From: Candidatus Poriferihabitans sp.
Lineage (GTDB): Bacteria; Pseudomonadota; Gammaproteobacteria; Arenicellales; Poriferihabitantaceae
Direction of reading: 5' to 3'
Assembly (NCBI GenBank): GCA_965220975.1
Contig: OZ244855.1
Span: 912,954-976,953, forward strand
DNA: 64,000 nt
The notes below the pieces were generated by a model. The model was given only the letters and a program-made list of their open reading frames with translations. It was not told the DNA's origin and ran no database searches. Shown piece by piece: positions 1 through 10,028 of the stretch (position 1 is the first letter of the stretch; each line of letters starts with the position of its first letter). Position numbers and translations under genes: made by a program.

Positions 1-1
1 C

Positions 2-79
2 TCACGGGACAGAATAGACTTGCCAATTGAAGGCTTCCTTTCCCTGGTCTTCTACCAAACCATTACTACGCGGTCATGA
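2..79 (+). CDS. tgt: Possible 3' end of queuine tRNA-ribosyltransferase (partial, runs off the window start)
   Basis: Frame-2 translation SRDRIDLPIEGFLSLVFYQTITTRS* loosely matches the Tgt C-terminus (...IEEG...F...FYQ). tgt-yajC-secDF is a conserved gene order. Only 25 codons are visible. Confidence 0.35.
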   Translation, partial: SRDRIDLPIEGFLSLVFYQTITTRS

Positions 80-183
80 TTTACAGTCCTGGCCATTCAA
101 AATATGGCATAAACTCACCTATAGCCCGCAAGTGCTTTCTAACGAGTAAATGACGGATAACTCATTCGAATTAAATGAATCCG

Positions 184-208
184 AAAAAGGAGGCTTAGCC
201 TCTTTTTT
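184..208 (+). terminator. Rho-independent terminator upstream of yajC
   Basis: AAAAAG GAGGC TTA GCCTC TTTTTT: a 5-bp GC stem, a 3-nt loop and a T6 run, preceded by an A-tract. Confidence 0.55.
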
Positions 209-342
209 CGTTCAACCAATTAAATACCCAGTATCAGCCTCGATATGAGTGATCTCATCATCCAAGATCTGAAAAATTGTGGCATAATCCACAATCAAAA
301 ATTGCCATACAGAAGATATTCAACGTGGAGTTCGTCTGATAA

Positions 343-711
343 ATGACTGATTTATTGATTTCAAATGCTTGGGCCCAATCTGGGGGTGCTGGAGGAGGAT
401 TGATCGGTATTCTGCCCATGATCTTAATATTCGTAGTGTTCTATTTTCTGTTGATCCGCCCGCAACAAAAAAGAGCGAAACAGCATCGGGAAATGATTTC
501 TTCACTAGAGATTGGGGATGAGATCGTAACAAATGGTGGTGCACTAGGTGTTGTTAAGGCCATCGATGACGACTTTCTTACTGTCCAAGTTGCATCAGAG
601 GTTGAATTAAAAATACAGCGAAATGCAATCGCGCAAATGATGCCTATGGGTACGGTTCAATTCAATAATTCCTCATCGGGTAAAAAGAAAAAGCTATCCA
701 AGCCTGAATAG
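343..711 (+). CDS. yajC: Preprotein translocase subunit YajC
   Basis: 122 aa with one N-terminal TM segment and the motifs LLIRPQQKRAKQH and GDEIVTNGGALGVV typical of YajC. Sits directly upstream of secDF. Confidence 0.9.
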   Translation: MTDLLISNAWAQSGGAGGGLIGILPMILIFVVFYFLLIRPQQKRAKQHREMISSLEIGDEIVTNGGALGVVKAIDDDFLTVQVASEVELKIQRNAIAQMMPMGTVQFNNSSSGKKKKLSKPE

Positions 712-770
712 TTTTTTATCCCGACGCCTATATTGAACCTGAACCCCAAACTACTGATTTTGATCATCAT

Positions 771-2651
771 ATGTTGAATCAAACTGAATGGTGGAGATAT
801 TTAATCGTAACTGTAGTTGTTGTGGTTGGAATCTTTTATGCAATTCCAAATTTGTTTGGTAGCGACCCGGGCATTCAGATACGCGGAGCTCGAGGGCTAT
901 CTCTCGATAGCAATGTACTAGGACGTGTTGAAACCGTACTGACAGAAAACAGTATTGAATATAAATCCTTATCTCAAGATCAAAACAACTTGAGAATTCA
1001 TTTTCCTGAGACAACAACCCAGCTCAGAGCTAAGAAAGTATTGGAGTCAGAACTTGGAAATGCGTATTCGCTTGCTCTGACTCTACTTCCGAACGCCCCC
1101 GACTGGATGTCAGATATAGGGGCTTTACCGATGTATCTCGGTCTTGATCTGCGTGGTGGCGTGCATTTTCTATTGCAGGTAGATATGGATAGCGCCATTC
1201 AAAGACAGATTCAGAACGCAGTAGATGGGATTCGCTCGACATTGCGAGAAGAACGGATTCGATATCGCCGGATTGTAGCAAACGAGGATGGCACGATACA
1301 TGCCGACATTCGTAATCCAGAGCAACGAGAAGAAGCTTCTGAGATTCTGGAACGGGATTTTCAAGAATTGCAAATTCTTAATTCTTCTGATGATGAAGGT
1401 GCATTAATTCTATCATTGCGTACCGAACGGATTGATGAGATCCGAGAAGCTGCGCTTGAACAGAATCGGGTCGCTCTTCGAAATCGAGTTGACCAACTCG
1501 GAGTAGCAGAACCGATTGTTCAGCAACAAGGTGCTGACCGCATTATCGTACAATTACCCGGGGTGCAGGACACTGCTCGGGCTAAAGAAATATTGGGCAG
1601 AGCTGCTACACTTGAAATGCGGATGGTTGACGAAGAAAATAATGCTGCTGCACTTGAAGCGGGTCAATCACCCCCCGGTTCCCGGCTGTATCGTTTTCGG
1701 GATGGTCGACGCATACTTCTCGAAAAGCGGGTGATCTATTCGGGAGATAACATTATTGATGCCGCTGCTAGTCTAGATCAATCTGGCGGCCCCATAGTTA
1801 GTATCACTCTGGACTCGACAGCAGCAACAATCAACAGCCGAATAACCGGAGAAAATATCGGTAATCGTATGGCAGTGGTCTACCAAGAAATTGTATCTAG
1901 AACTCGCACTGATGATGACGGAAACCCAATTCTCAATGCCCAGGGATTACCCGAAAGAATCACCGATCGGATTGAAGAGGTGCTAACTGCACCTGTGATA
2001 CGTGCACAACTAGGCAAACGCTATCAGATTGAAGGCATCGGTTCGATCAATGAGGCAAGAGACTTAGCGTTAATGTTGCGTGCTGGGGCACTGGCCGCAC
2101 CTGTAGAAATTATTGAAGAGCGCACAGTTGGTCCGAGTCTCGGGCAGGCAAATATTGATCAGGGAATGCTATCGGTTATTGTCGGCCTGATTTTGGTAAT
2201 GGTTTTTATGATCATCTATTATCGAATATTTGGTGTGGTTGCACTAATTTCTCTAAGCATGAATCTTGTACTGATCATATCTGTTCTTTCGCTTTTACAA
2301 GCCACCCTAACTTTGCCAGGAGTCGCTGGTATTGTGTTAACCGTGGGTATGGCAGTAGATGCGAATGTTTTGATTTTTGAGCGTATCAGGGAGGAGATTA
2401 GAAATGGTAATACGCCACAGGCGAGCATTCATCTCGGATATGACCGTGCACTTTCTACCATTGTAGATGCAAATATAACCACTCTGATTGCTGCTTTGGT
2501 GTTGTTTAATTTTGGAACGGGTCCGATTAAAGGTTTCGCAGTAACGCTGAGTATTGGTATCCTCACATCAATGTTTACGGCAATTTTGCTAAGTCGGGTT
2601 ATTGTCAACGGGATCTATGGAGGAAAAATCGTCAAGCGATTGTCGATTTAG
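771..2651 (+). CDS. secD: Protein translocase subunit SecD
   Basis: 626 aa with an N-terminal TM segment, a large periplasmic domain (LGLDLRGGVHFLLQVD) and a C-terminal 5-TM bundle (AGIVLTVGMAVDANVLIFERIREE). Confidence 0.95.
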   Translation: MLNQTEWWRYLIVTVVVVVGIFYAIPNLFGSDPGIQIRGARGLSLDSNVLGRVETVLTENSIEYKSLSQDQNNLRIHFPETTTQLRAKKVLESELGNAYSLALTLLPNAPDWMSDIGALPMYLGLDLRGGVHFLLQVDMDSAIQRQIQNAVDGIRSTLREERIRYRRIVANEDGTIHADIRNPEQREEASEILERDFQELQILNSSDDEGALILSLRTERIDEIREAALEQNRVALRNRVDQLGVAEPIVQQQGADRIIVQLPGVQDTARAKEILGRAATLEMRMVDEENNAAALEAGQSPPGSRLYRFRDGRRILLEKRVIYSGDNIIDAAASLDQSGGPIVSITLDSTAATINSRITGENIGNRMAVVYQEIVSRTRTDDDGNPILNAQGLPERITDRIEEVLTAPVIRAQLGKRYQIEGIGSINEARDLALMLRAGALAAPVEIIEERTVGPSLGQANIDQGMLSVIVGLILVMVFMIIYYRIFGVVALISLSMNLVLIISVLSLLQATLTLPGVAGIVLTVGMAVDANVLIFERIREEIRNGNTPQASIHLGYDRALSTIVDANITTLIAALVLFNFGTGPIKGFAVTLSIGILTSMFTAILLSRVIVNGIYGGKIVKRLSI

Positions 2652-2655
2652 AACC

Positions 2656-3663
2656 ATGCAACTCTTTCGCAAAACTACGACGTTTGATTTTCTGGGAAGG
2701 CGCAAGTTTGCTTTAATCATCTCTGGATGCCTGATTACAGTGAGCATCATTGCCTTGTTTGCCCGAGGATTGAATTTTGGTATCGATTTCACCGGCGGAA
2801 CGCTGGTTGAGGTTGGGTATCCGAATGCTGTTCAAATCGAAGAGGCCAGAAATCTGCTAGTTGTAAGCGGCTTTTCCGACTCAGTTGTTCAGCATTTTGG
2901 TACTCCGCAGGATATTTTGGTTCGGTTGCCATCTACAGCCCTGAGCGAGGATAGCAGTGCAGCAGAATTAAGTAGCCAGGTTATGGAAGTTTTACGGCAA
3001 CCCTATGGCGAATCTCTGATTGATTCAACCAACCTTTCGACCCAACAGTGTGTTTCTGGTGGTGTTGTATCCGATTGTCAGATACAAATGCGACGAGTTG
3101 AGTTTGTAGGACCACAAATTGGCGATGAATTAGCGAATCAAGGCGGATTAGCCATGTTATATGCCTTACTTGGCATTTTGATCTATGTGACATTTCGTTT
3201 TGAATGGAGATTTGCGGTTGGTTCAATTGTGGCACTCGTACATGATGTGGTAATTACGATTGGTATGTTTGCATTATTTCAACTCGAATTTTCACTTCCG
3301 GTATTGGCCGCTGTACTTGCGGTTATCGGTTATTCACTAAACGATACAATTGTGGTATGTGATCGAATCCGTGAAAATTTTCGTAAAATGCGAAAGAGTG
3401 ATGTGATCGAAATTATGAACCGGGCAATCAATCAAACACTACCAAGAACCTTGCTAACCTCGCTCACCACGTTGCTTGTAGTTTGCACTTTGTTAATTTT
3501 GGGTGGAGAGGTCATTAGAGGATTTTCGGTCGCTCTGTTAATTGGTGTCCTGATTGGTACCTATTCATCGATCTTCGTAGCCAGTCCAACCATACTCGTA
3601 CTTGGGATCAAACGGGAAGACATGTTGCCAGTCCAAAAAGAGGGCAAACCGGCTGAATCCTGA
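2656..3663 (+). CDS. secF: Protein translocase subunit SecF
   Basis: Start chosen at ATG 2656 (MQLFRKTTTFDFLGRRK), just after the secD stop. Contains GIDFTGGT and SLNDTIVVCDRIREN. The track ORF start at 2602 overlaps secD and is unlikely. Confidence 0.92.
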   Translation: MQLFRKTTTFDFLGRRKFALIISGCLITVSIIALFARGLNFGIDFTGGTLVEVGYPNAVQIEEARNLLVVSGFSDSVVQHFGTPQDILVRLPSTALSEDSSAAELSSQVMEVLRQPYGESLIDSTNLSTQQCVSGGVVSDCQIQMRRVEFVGPQIGDELANQGGLAMLYALLGILIYVTFRFEWRFAVGSIVALVHDVVITIGMFALFQLEFSLPVLAAVLAVIGYSLNDTIVVCDRIRENFRKMRKSDVIEIMNRAINQTLPRTLLTSLTTLLVVCTLLILGGEVIRGFSVALLIGVLIGTYSSIFVASPTILVLGIKREDMLPVQKEGKPAES

Positions 3664-3712
3664 AAAATTGCAACTTCCGCTGATCGCGGGAGACTTCCAG
3701 GCAATCGAAAAC

Positions 3713-4816
3713 ATGACCAGTTCAGACCACGAGCGATTCATGTCACTGGCTCTCAATTTGGCTAAACAAGGCCAGTATACTGTGCATCCTAACCCCGCGG
3801 TTGGTTGTGTTGTGGTCAAGAATAACGAGATTGTTGGTCAGGGATGGCATGAACGGGCTGGTGAAGCACATGCTGAAATTCAAGCACTTGCAGATGCTGG
3901 AAAACGATCACGGGGAGCGACCTTGTATGTTACGTTGGAGCCATGCAATCACACCGGTCGCACACCGCCTTGCACCGATGCTGTGATTCGTTCAGGCATC
4001 AGCCGAGTTGTGGTTGCGAGTAAAGATCCGAATCCGCTTGTTCAAGGCCGAGGTTTGCAGGCACTCGAGGAAGCGGGCATAGAGGTAGTAACGGGCATAT
4101 GTACCGAAACGGCAACATGCATGAATCGAGGTTTTTTCAAGCGCATGACTACCAACATGCCATTCGTAATCTTGAAGATTGCGTCCAGTCTCGATGGGCG
4201 AATCGCCATGGCCAATGGCGAGAGTCGATGGATTACCAGTGAGGAATCACGTTGCGATGTTCATCGGTTGCGAGCGCTTTCCTCTGCTGTATTGACGGGG
4301 ATCGGCACTGTCCAGAAAGACGATCCCTTGTTAACTGTTCGGCATCTTGAAAATTCACGACAACCGGATCGAGTGGTTTTGGACAGTCAATTGTCAATAT
4401 CGCCTAAAGCAAGAATTCTAGAGGATTCAGCTAAGGTATATCTGTTTACTACGAAGAATAATGAAAGGAGTAAGCAGCTTGCTAGTAGAACGAATCTCGA
4501 AATCATATCCAGCCAAAGTAATGATGATCAAGTAGAGTTGGTTGGGATGCTCAAGGAGTGTGGAAAGAGGCAAATGAATATCGTCCTGGTCGAAGCCGGT
4601 CCACGTCTCGCTGGGAATTTTTTGAAGCAGGGGTTAGTCGATGAACTGGTTCTGTATCTTGCACCGAGTTTTTTAGGGAATGATGCGCTTGCAATGATCA
4701 ATCTTCCGGGGATTGGTCAACTGACCGAAAAAATCCAGATGCGCATAAGTTGCTCGGAGTGTTTGGGACCTGATCTCAAGATGGTTTTGGTGCCGGTAGA
4801 TCATGATAATATCTAA
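3713..4816 (+). CDS. ribD: Bifunctional riboflavin biosynthesis protein RibD (pyrimidine deaminase/uracil reductase)
   Basis: Start chosen at ATG 3713 (MTSSDHERFMSLAL). Has the deaminase zinc motif HAEIQAL...PCNHTGRTPPC and a C-terminal reductase domain (ASSLDGRIA). Confidence 0.9.
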   Translation: MTSSDHERFMSLALNLAKQGQYTVHPNPAVGCVVVKNNEIVGQGWHERAGEAHAEIQALADAGKRSRGATLYVTLEPCNHTGRTPPCTDAVIRSGISRVVVASKDPNPLVQGRGLQALEEAGIEVVTGICTETATCMNRGFFKRMTTNMPFVILKIASSLDGRIAMANGESRWITSEESRCDVHRLRALSSAVLTGIGTVQKDDPLLTVRHLENSRQPDRVVLDSQLSISPKARILEDSAKVYLFTTKNNERSKQLASRTNLEIISSQSNDDQVELVGMLKECGKRQMNIVLVEAGPRLAGNFLKQGLVDELVLYLAPSFLGNDALAMINLPGIGQLTEKIQMRISCSECLGPDLKMVLVPVDHDNI

Positions 4817-4897
4817 GCCATGAACTGCATGAATGTAATATATGCAACAGAAGGGGATTAAATATTCAATATAACTACTGATCCCTACCATGTTAAG

Positions 4898-6235
4898 TTG
4901 ATCGCATTGCAAATGAGTGGATTTAATTCAACAGCGTTAGAAAAATACATACGTCGAGGAGAAAAAGAAGACCCGCCCGTGTTCGTGGGAAGAGATCATA
5001 TCCTTGATGATATTCTGACTATTTCAACTGAGTCGTGGAAACCCGGCGCGGACTCTTTTTCTGAAAATCATGGGATACAAGGAAATACGCGTATTGTTCA
5101 TGGTGCGCCGGGGGCTGGCAAAAGTTCAATCCTGAGAAAAATCAGGCACTGGCAAATGACTTCTGACATGGCCTCGGGGCTACCGATGGTCAGGCCAGAG
5201 GTTTTGTTGCTTAACTCAGCCAATATTGTCAGCCCGGCAGGCATACTGGAACCCTTGGCGGAGGTTGTATGCAAGAAAAGAGCGTCGGAATTTGTTGAAC
5301 AATATGAACGAAAAGTTTCTCTCGGCATCAGTCTTGGAGGGGTAGGAGTCAATCTTGAGAAACAGTCTAAATCGAAGAGCCAAGATCACTCCTATACGGG
5401 TATCGAAGAGTTCGGCAAATGGCTGAAATCCCTGCCAAAGCGCAATCGGCCAAAAAGCCCGGTCATTGTTGCAATTGATGAAGCGCAGCGATTTGATGAA
5501 GATGTTGGCTCTCCAATAGCCAAGATTCTACAGGCTTTGCATGACAATGTATGGCATATGCCATTCACCTTGGTTCTGGCAGGTCTCGGGGATACACCCG
5601 AAAAATCACGTAAAATGCAATTGACACGCGGTTCCAGGCTTCATGAAGTTGGCTGCTTGTCAGAACAGGAAACACAACTTGTTATGGATGGATTTTGCCA
5701 AACGTTCGGGGTTAGTTCAGCTGGATATGAAGAACGCTTGTCGACTTATGCAAAACCGAGCGAGGGCTGGCCGCGACATCTTTATTTCGCGCAGACTGTT
5801 CTGGGAGAGCAATTGCTCAAAACACAAGGAGAGATGCAGTCTCTGGACTGGAATCGTCTGGATGCTGAATTTCGAGACAGCCGTGTTGACTACTACAGAG
5901 CTCAGCAAAGCCGTGAAATGCAATTAATGGATCGCTTGACAGCAACTGTCATGGCGCAATTTCAGCAAGGCATGAAACTCTCTGATATTGTAAAACTGAT
6001 CAAGAAAAACCGCCAGGACGAGATCAGTTCGGTATTTCTCAAACACCACTTGGATGTTACAGATCCTGTGTTGGACTATATCTCACATCTTGTGCATCAA
6101 GGTGTAATTCAAAAAAGAACGGATGGGACTTATTACACCCCGATCCCCTCGTTTCGCAGTTTCCTTGTTGAACAAGGCATGCTTGAATCGAATGCCGAAA
6201 TTTCGAAAGCCGAGCATATTCGCTCCAGGCCGTAA
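4898..6235 (+). CDS. P-loop NTPase of AAA_16/ORC-Cdc6/STAND-like type with a C-terminal winged-helix-like tail
   Basis: FVGRDHILDDI precedes Walker A GAPGAGKSS. Walker B is PVIVAIDEAQRF. A SEGWPRHL string resembles the GxP/LAL motif of STAND proteins. The C-terminus HLVHQGVIQKRTDGTYYTP looks like a wHTH. No effector domain is recognisable. The start could be the inner ATG (MSGFNS). Confidence 0.6.
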   Translation: MIALQMSGFNSTALEKYIRRGEKEDPPVFVGRDHILDDILTISTESWKPGADSFSENHGIQGNTRIVHGAPGAGKSSILRKIRHWQMTSDMASGLPMVRPEVLLLNSANIVSPAGILEPLAEVVCKKRASEFVEQYERKVSLGISLGGVGVNLEKQSKSKSQDHSYTGIEEFGKWLKSLPKRNRPKSPVIVAIDEAQRFDEDVGSPIAKILQALHDNVWHMPFTLVLAGLGDTPEKSRKMQLTRGSRLHEVGCLSEQETQLVMDGFCQTFGVSSAGYEERLSTYAKPSEGWPRHLYFAQTVLGEQLLKTQGEMQSLDWNRLDAEFRDSRVDYYRAQQSREMQLMDRLTATVMAQFQQGMKLSDIVKLIKKNRQDEISSVFLKHHLDVTDPVLDYISHLVHQGVIQKRTDGTYYTPIPSFRSFLVEQGMLESNAEISKAEHIRSRP

Positions 6236-6443
6236 CATGCTGTTTTTCGCCTTAACATCCGTATTTCTTTGGGGCAAGTTTGTGTTCCAGAAAATTGCTG
6301 ACTCTTCAATAACTGCTGCAATGCAAATCGGGGGTTTGGAATTCGATCGGATTTTAGTTCGCCTCTTAGGATATTGTCCATCTCTTCATTGACATACAAC
6401 TACTTGATCACAAAAGAGACGAGTCGTTACGATAGTAATTCGC

Positions 6444-7055
6444 ATGTTTACTGGCATAGTTCAAACCCAAGCAACCATTACCTCTTGTGATTGTCATGAA
6501 CTCGGCAGAAGATTGGTCATTGACATCGCCGAAATGCCATCGCCCATTCCGGAAATTGGTGATAGTGTAGCGGTTAATGGTGCCTGTCTCACAGTGGTTG
6601 AGATCAATCGCGCCAAATACAGTTTTGATGTATCCTCGGAAACACTCAGTCGAACATTGGTTGGCAAATGGGTGTCCGGTGATCGGGTAAACATCGAAAA
6701 AGCGCTAACTCTCACTGCGCCGCTTGGCGGTCATTTGGTGTCTGGTCATGTTGATGGGGTCGGAACCTTGGTTTTTTCGGAAGAAACCGGTTCATATCGA
6801 ACCATGCGATTCCGAATCGCCAGGGAGCTTGCAATCTTTCTGTCCGAAAAGGGTTCAATTGCGATTGATGGAGTGAGTTTGACGATCAACAGCATTGCTG
6901 ATGACCGGAAATGGACCGAGTTCAATTTGATGTTGGTTCCCCACACCTTGATGCAAACGACATTGGGGGAATTAGCCATTGGTGATTCAGTTCATATTGA
7001 AGTCGATCAAATTGCCCGCTATATCCATCGCATGAATAATTTCAATGCCGATTGA
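6444..7055 (+). CDS. ribE: Riboflavin synthase (alpha chain)
   Basis: 203 aa beginning MFTGIVQ, with the internally duplicated lumazine-binding repeat (GDSVAVNGACLTV / GSIAIDGVSLTI). Confidence 0.92.
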   Translation: MFTGIVQTQATITSCDCHELGRRLVIDIAEMPSPIPEIGDSVAVNGACLTVVEINRAKYSFDVSSETLSRTLVGKWVSGDRVNIEKALTLTAPLGGHLVSGHVDGVGTLVFSEETGSYRTMRFRIARELAIFLSEKGSIAIDGVSLTINSIADDRKWTEFNLMLVPHTLMQTTLGELAIGDSVHIEVDQIARYIHRMNNFNAD

Positions 7056-7331
7056 ACAAGCGACCGAGTTTAGCCTCATGAGCAACAAGCAACATGAGGG
7101 AGATTTGTCTTGCTGCTGAGAAATATCCCAGATTGTCATTGCATTGTCTGGTTACCCCGCTTATTATTCAGGAAAACGAGCATTGCAACATTTGAAAGGA
7201 AAAATGAATGCCTTGCATCCCTGATCATGTGCTTTTCTGTCACGAGTTCCCAATGATCTCAGTTCATAAACCGAGAATTTGGAAATTGTCGCAATTGAGA
7301 ATGGAATTGGAATACGCAAAAAGAAAAAACA

Positions 7332-8489
7332 GTGTCTGATTTGCAAGTAGATCCGATTGAAGAAGTCCTTGAAGAGTTCGGCAAGGGCAATACAATCATT
7401 ATGGTTGATGACCAGGATCGGGAAAACGAGGGAGATCTTTTTGTTGCCGCAGAAGTCGTCAATGATCAGCACATCAACTTCATGGCCTCAAAAGCTAGAG
7501 GTCTGATTTGTCTAGCCCTTACAGAAGAGCGGTGTAATCAGCTGGAATTACCATTGATGGTTAGTCGTAACAATGCCCGCTTCTCAACCAACTTTACGGT
7601 CTCGATTGAAGCAGCCCGTGATGTAACAACAGGTATATCGGCTCAGGATCGAGCCAGGACCATCCGGGCGGCAGTTGCACCACACGCATCCCCAAAGGAT
7701 ATCGTAACCCCTGGACATGTGTTTCCGATCAAGGCTCAACCGGGTGGTGTCTTGACCAGAGCTGGTCATACCGAGGCTGGCGTGGATATGGCAAGACTGA
7801 GTGGATTTGAACCGGCAACGGTGATTTGCGAAATCCTGAAAGAGGATGGTACGATGGCAAGATTGCCGGATTTGATGAACTATGCGAGGGAGCATCAACT
7901 CAAAATTGGAACGATCGCAGACCTAATTCGCTATCGCCTTGATCATGACCCGACACTGGTTCGAATTTCCGAGCATTATCTATCACTGGAGCATGGCAAG
8001 TTTCGGGGTTTTGTCTTTCGAGATGAAGTTGAAGGAGGTACCCATTTTGCCTTGGTCAAAGGGGAATTATCAAGTGATGAGGTAGTGCCAGTACGGGTCC
8101 ATGTACATCGAGGCGCGTTGGACGTGGTCCTGAATCCTCACTCACCCTGGAGTTGGACACTGGAGAATGCAACTGCATCGATTGCGGCTCAAGAAGTCGG
8201 CGTGGTCGTGATACTTTCGTATAATGAAACTGCTGACGAGCTCGTTAAGCGCATTCGAACCAAGTCCGAATTAACGGATCGTCCAGTTGGAGTGGATCAA
8301 GCTAGCGAGCCACAAGACTTGCGAATGTTGGGTGCTGGAAGTCAAATCCTGGCCGATTTGGGAGTCCGCAGAATTCTTGCATTGGGCCGATCCAAGCGCA
8401 CTCATGGGTTATCGGGTTTCGGGCTGGAAATTGTCGGTTACGTTGAAACCCCGAGACAACTTCAGGAATGGAAGCATGCCAATCAATGA
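7332..8489 (+). CDS. ribB: 3,4-dihydroxy-2-butanone-4-phosphate synthase fused to a degenerate GTP cyclohydrolase II-like domain (RibBX type)
   Basis: The N-terminal half has DDQDRENEGDL and GHTEA. The C-terminal half aligns in position with RibA but contains no cysteine where the Zn ligands (VHSECLTGD...CDCG) should be: VRVHVHRGALDVVLNPHSPWSW. Confidence 0.85.
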   Translation: MSDLQVDPIEEVLEEFGKGNTIIMVDDQDRENEGDLFVAAEVVNDQHINFMASKARGLICLALTEERCNQLELPLMVSRNNARFSTNFTVSIEAARDVTTGISAQDRARTIRAAVAPHASPKDIVTPGHVFPIKAQPGGVLTRAGHTEAGVDMARLSGFEPATVICEILKEDGTMARLPDLMNYAREHQLKIGTIADLIRYRLDHDPTLVRISEHYLSLEHGKFRGFVFRDEVEGGTHFALVKGELSSDEVVPVRVHVHRGALDVVLNPHSPWSWTLENATASIAAQEVGVVVILSYNETADELVKRIRTKSELTDRPVGVDQASEPQDLRMLGAGSQILADLGVRRILALGRSKRTHGLSGFGLEIVGYVETPRQLQEWKHANQ

Positions 8490-8949
8490 AATTCATGCTG
8501 ATTTGACAAGTTGTAAAGGACGATACGCGATTGTTGCGGCAAAATTCAATCAGTTCATCACAGACCGTCTCATAAGCGGTGCAGTTTCTACCCTGAGGAC
8601 TTATGGTATTCCAGAAACCGATATTGACTGTATCTGGGTACCCGGTGCTTTTGAAATCCCCTTGATCGCCAGGGTGCTGGCCGAATCTGGTCTGTACCAG
8701 GCAATTATTACGCTAGGGGCAGTAATCCGAGGAGGAACTCCACACTTTGATTATGTCGCAGGGGAGTGCGCTGCAGGTATTACACGTATCAATGACAGTT
8801 CGAATACTCCAGTCATCTTTGGCGTATTGACAACCGACACAACCGAGCAGGCTATAGAACGAGCTGGACTTGATACCAACAAGGGTTGCGAAGCGGCATT
8901 GGCTGCATTGGAAATGGCAAGCACAATGAGCCAGATTGTGAGAACTTGA
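8476..8949 (+). CDS. ribH: 6,7-dimethyl-8-ribityllumazine synthase
   Basis: Start chosen at ATG 8476 (MPINEIHADL...RYAIVAAKFNQFI), overlapping the ribB stop by 14 nt. Motifs VPGAFEIP and GTPHFDYV are present. Confidence 0.92.
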   Translation: MPINEIHADLTSCKGRYAIVAAKFNQFITDRLISGAVSTLRTYGIPETDIDCIWVPGAFEIPLIARVLAESGLYQAIITLGAVIRGGTPHFDYVAGECAAGITRINDSSNTPVIFGVLTTDTTEQAIERAGLDTNKGCEAALAALEMASTMSQIVRT

Positions 8950-9018
8950 CGGCAATTTTTGATTTTCAGGAATTTTCTCAAGTTAGGTTAATCCGGTAAA
9001 TAACCAATAAGTCACAAG

Positions 9019-9447
9019 TTGAACAACGTCACTAACAGTCAGCATCTGGCCAGACAGAGTGCTGTTCAGGCTCTCTATCAATACAGCTTGACTGGGCAAT
9101 CACCTACCGATATTGAAGACAAATTCATTTTCAATGAAAAGTTATCGGGAAAATATCTGCAATTTTTTTTGCATTTGGTAAGAGGCATCGCACCCAATAC
9201 AGAGGAGATTGATAAACTGTTCGACCAGCATCTTGATCGTGCCAAGCATCAATTGGATTTGGTGACCTTGGCAGTACTTCGGATTGGAGCATTTGAACTG
9301 GCGCATCAACCGAATACCCCCATGAAAGTTGTTATCAACGAAGCGGTTGATCTAGCCAAGGAATTCGGTTCTGATCAGGGATATAAATACATCAATGGGG
9401 TATTAGATAAAGTGGCCAGGGAGGTGCGAGGCAATCAAACAGCCTGA
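9019..9447 (+). CDS. nusB: Transcription antitermination factor NusB
   Basis: 142 aa with a TTG start. ARQSAVQALYQ and VINEAVDLAKEFG...YINGVLDK are typical of NusB. Follows ribH as in many Proteobacteria. Confidence 0.9.
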   Translation: MNNVTNSQHLARQSAVQALYQYSLTGQSPTDIEDKFIFNEKLSGKYLQFFLHLVRGIAPNTEEIDKLFDQHLDRAKHQLDLVTLAVLRIGAFELAHQPNTPMKVVINEAVDLAKEFGSDQGYKYINGVLDKVAREVRGNQTA

Positions 9448-9448
9448 T

Positions 9449-9910
9449 TTGTCTGATTTGTTCGCTTCACTGGAAAACTTTCTAGCTTTTGGATTTGGTT
9501 CTGGTCTGATTCCAAAAGCGCCAGGGACAGCGGGCAGTTTGTGTGCCATGCCAATAGTGTGGTTGATGGGGCAGATCGAACCGATATTTTTGTATGGTGT
9601 TATCTGTGCAACTTGTATCTTGGTCGGGATACGGGTTTGTGAAAGGGCAGGACAACAATTAGGCAAACATGATCATCCAGCGATTGTGTGGGATGAAATT
9701 GTCGGCATGCAAATCACTCTGATCCTCGTTCCCGCTACAATTATGAATCTAGTGATTGGGTTTTTATTGTTTCGATTTCTGGATATAGTCAAGCCATGGC
9801 CCGTCAGTTGGTTCGATAAAAACCTTAGAGGCGGTGTTGGAGTAATGTTGGACGATATAGTAGCTGGAGCAATTGCAGCTGCGGCGTTGTATGGAATCTC
9901 TACCCTTTAA
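9449..9910 (+). CDS. pgpA: Phosphatidylglycerophosphatase A
   Basis: 153 aa membrane protein with GFGSGLIPKAPGTAGS and DIVKPWP motifs. Confidence 0.88.
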   Translation: MSDLFASLENFLAFGFGSGLIPKAPGTAGSLCAMPIVWLMGQIEPIFLYGVICATCILVGIRVCERAGQQLGKHDHPAIVWDEIVGMQITLILVPATIMNLVIGFLLFRFLDIVKPWPVSWFDKNLRGGVGVMLDDIVAGAIAAAALYGISTL

Positions 9911-10028
9911 AAGGGAATTACATACGAAAGTAACGAAACAGCTGTCCGCCAGTCCGGTTGGGCAGGCGAGCTATTCCGGATCGGGGTACTGGATTTTGAC
10001 GGGCTGAAGGATGGCCTTGCGGAATTCT

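Noticed and set aside
7056-7331. Looked for an FMN (RFN) riboswitch in the 275-bp gap upstream of ribB
   Set aside because: None of the conserved RFN blocks (GGGCAGGGTGAAATTCCC..., CCGGCGGT, GATGG) are visible. Only a weak hairpin lies after ribE.
9447-9449. Absence of thiL between nusB and pgpA as a possible deletion
   Set aside because: The nusB stop and the pgpA start are adjacent and leave no scar. Gene order varies among lineages, so this is noted only as context.
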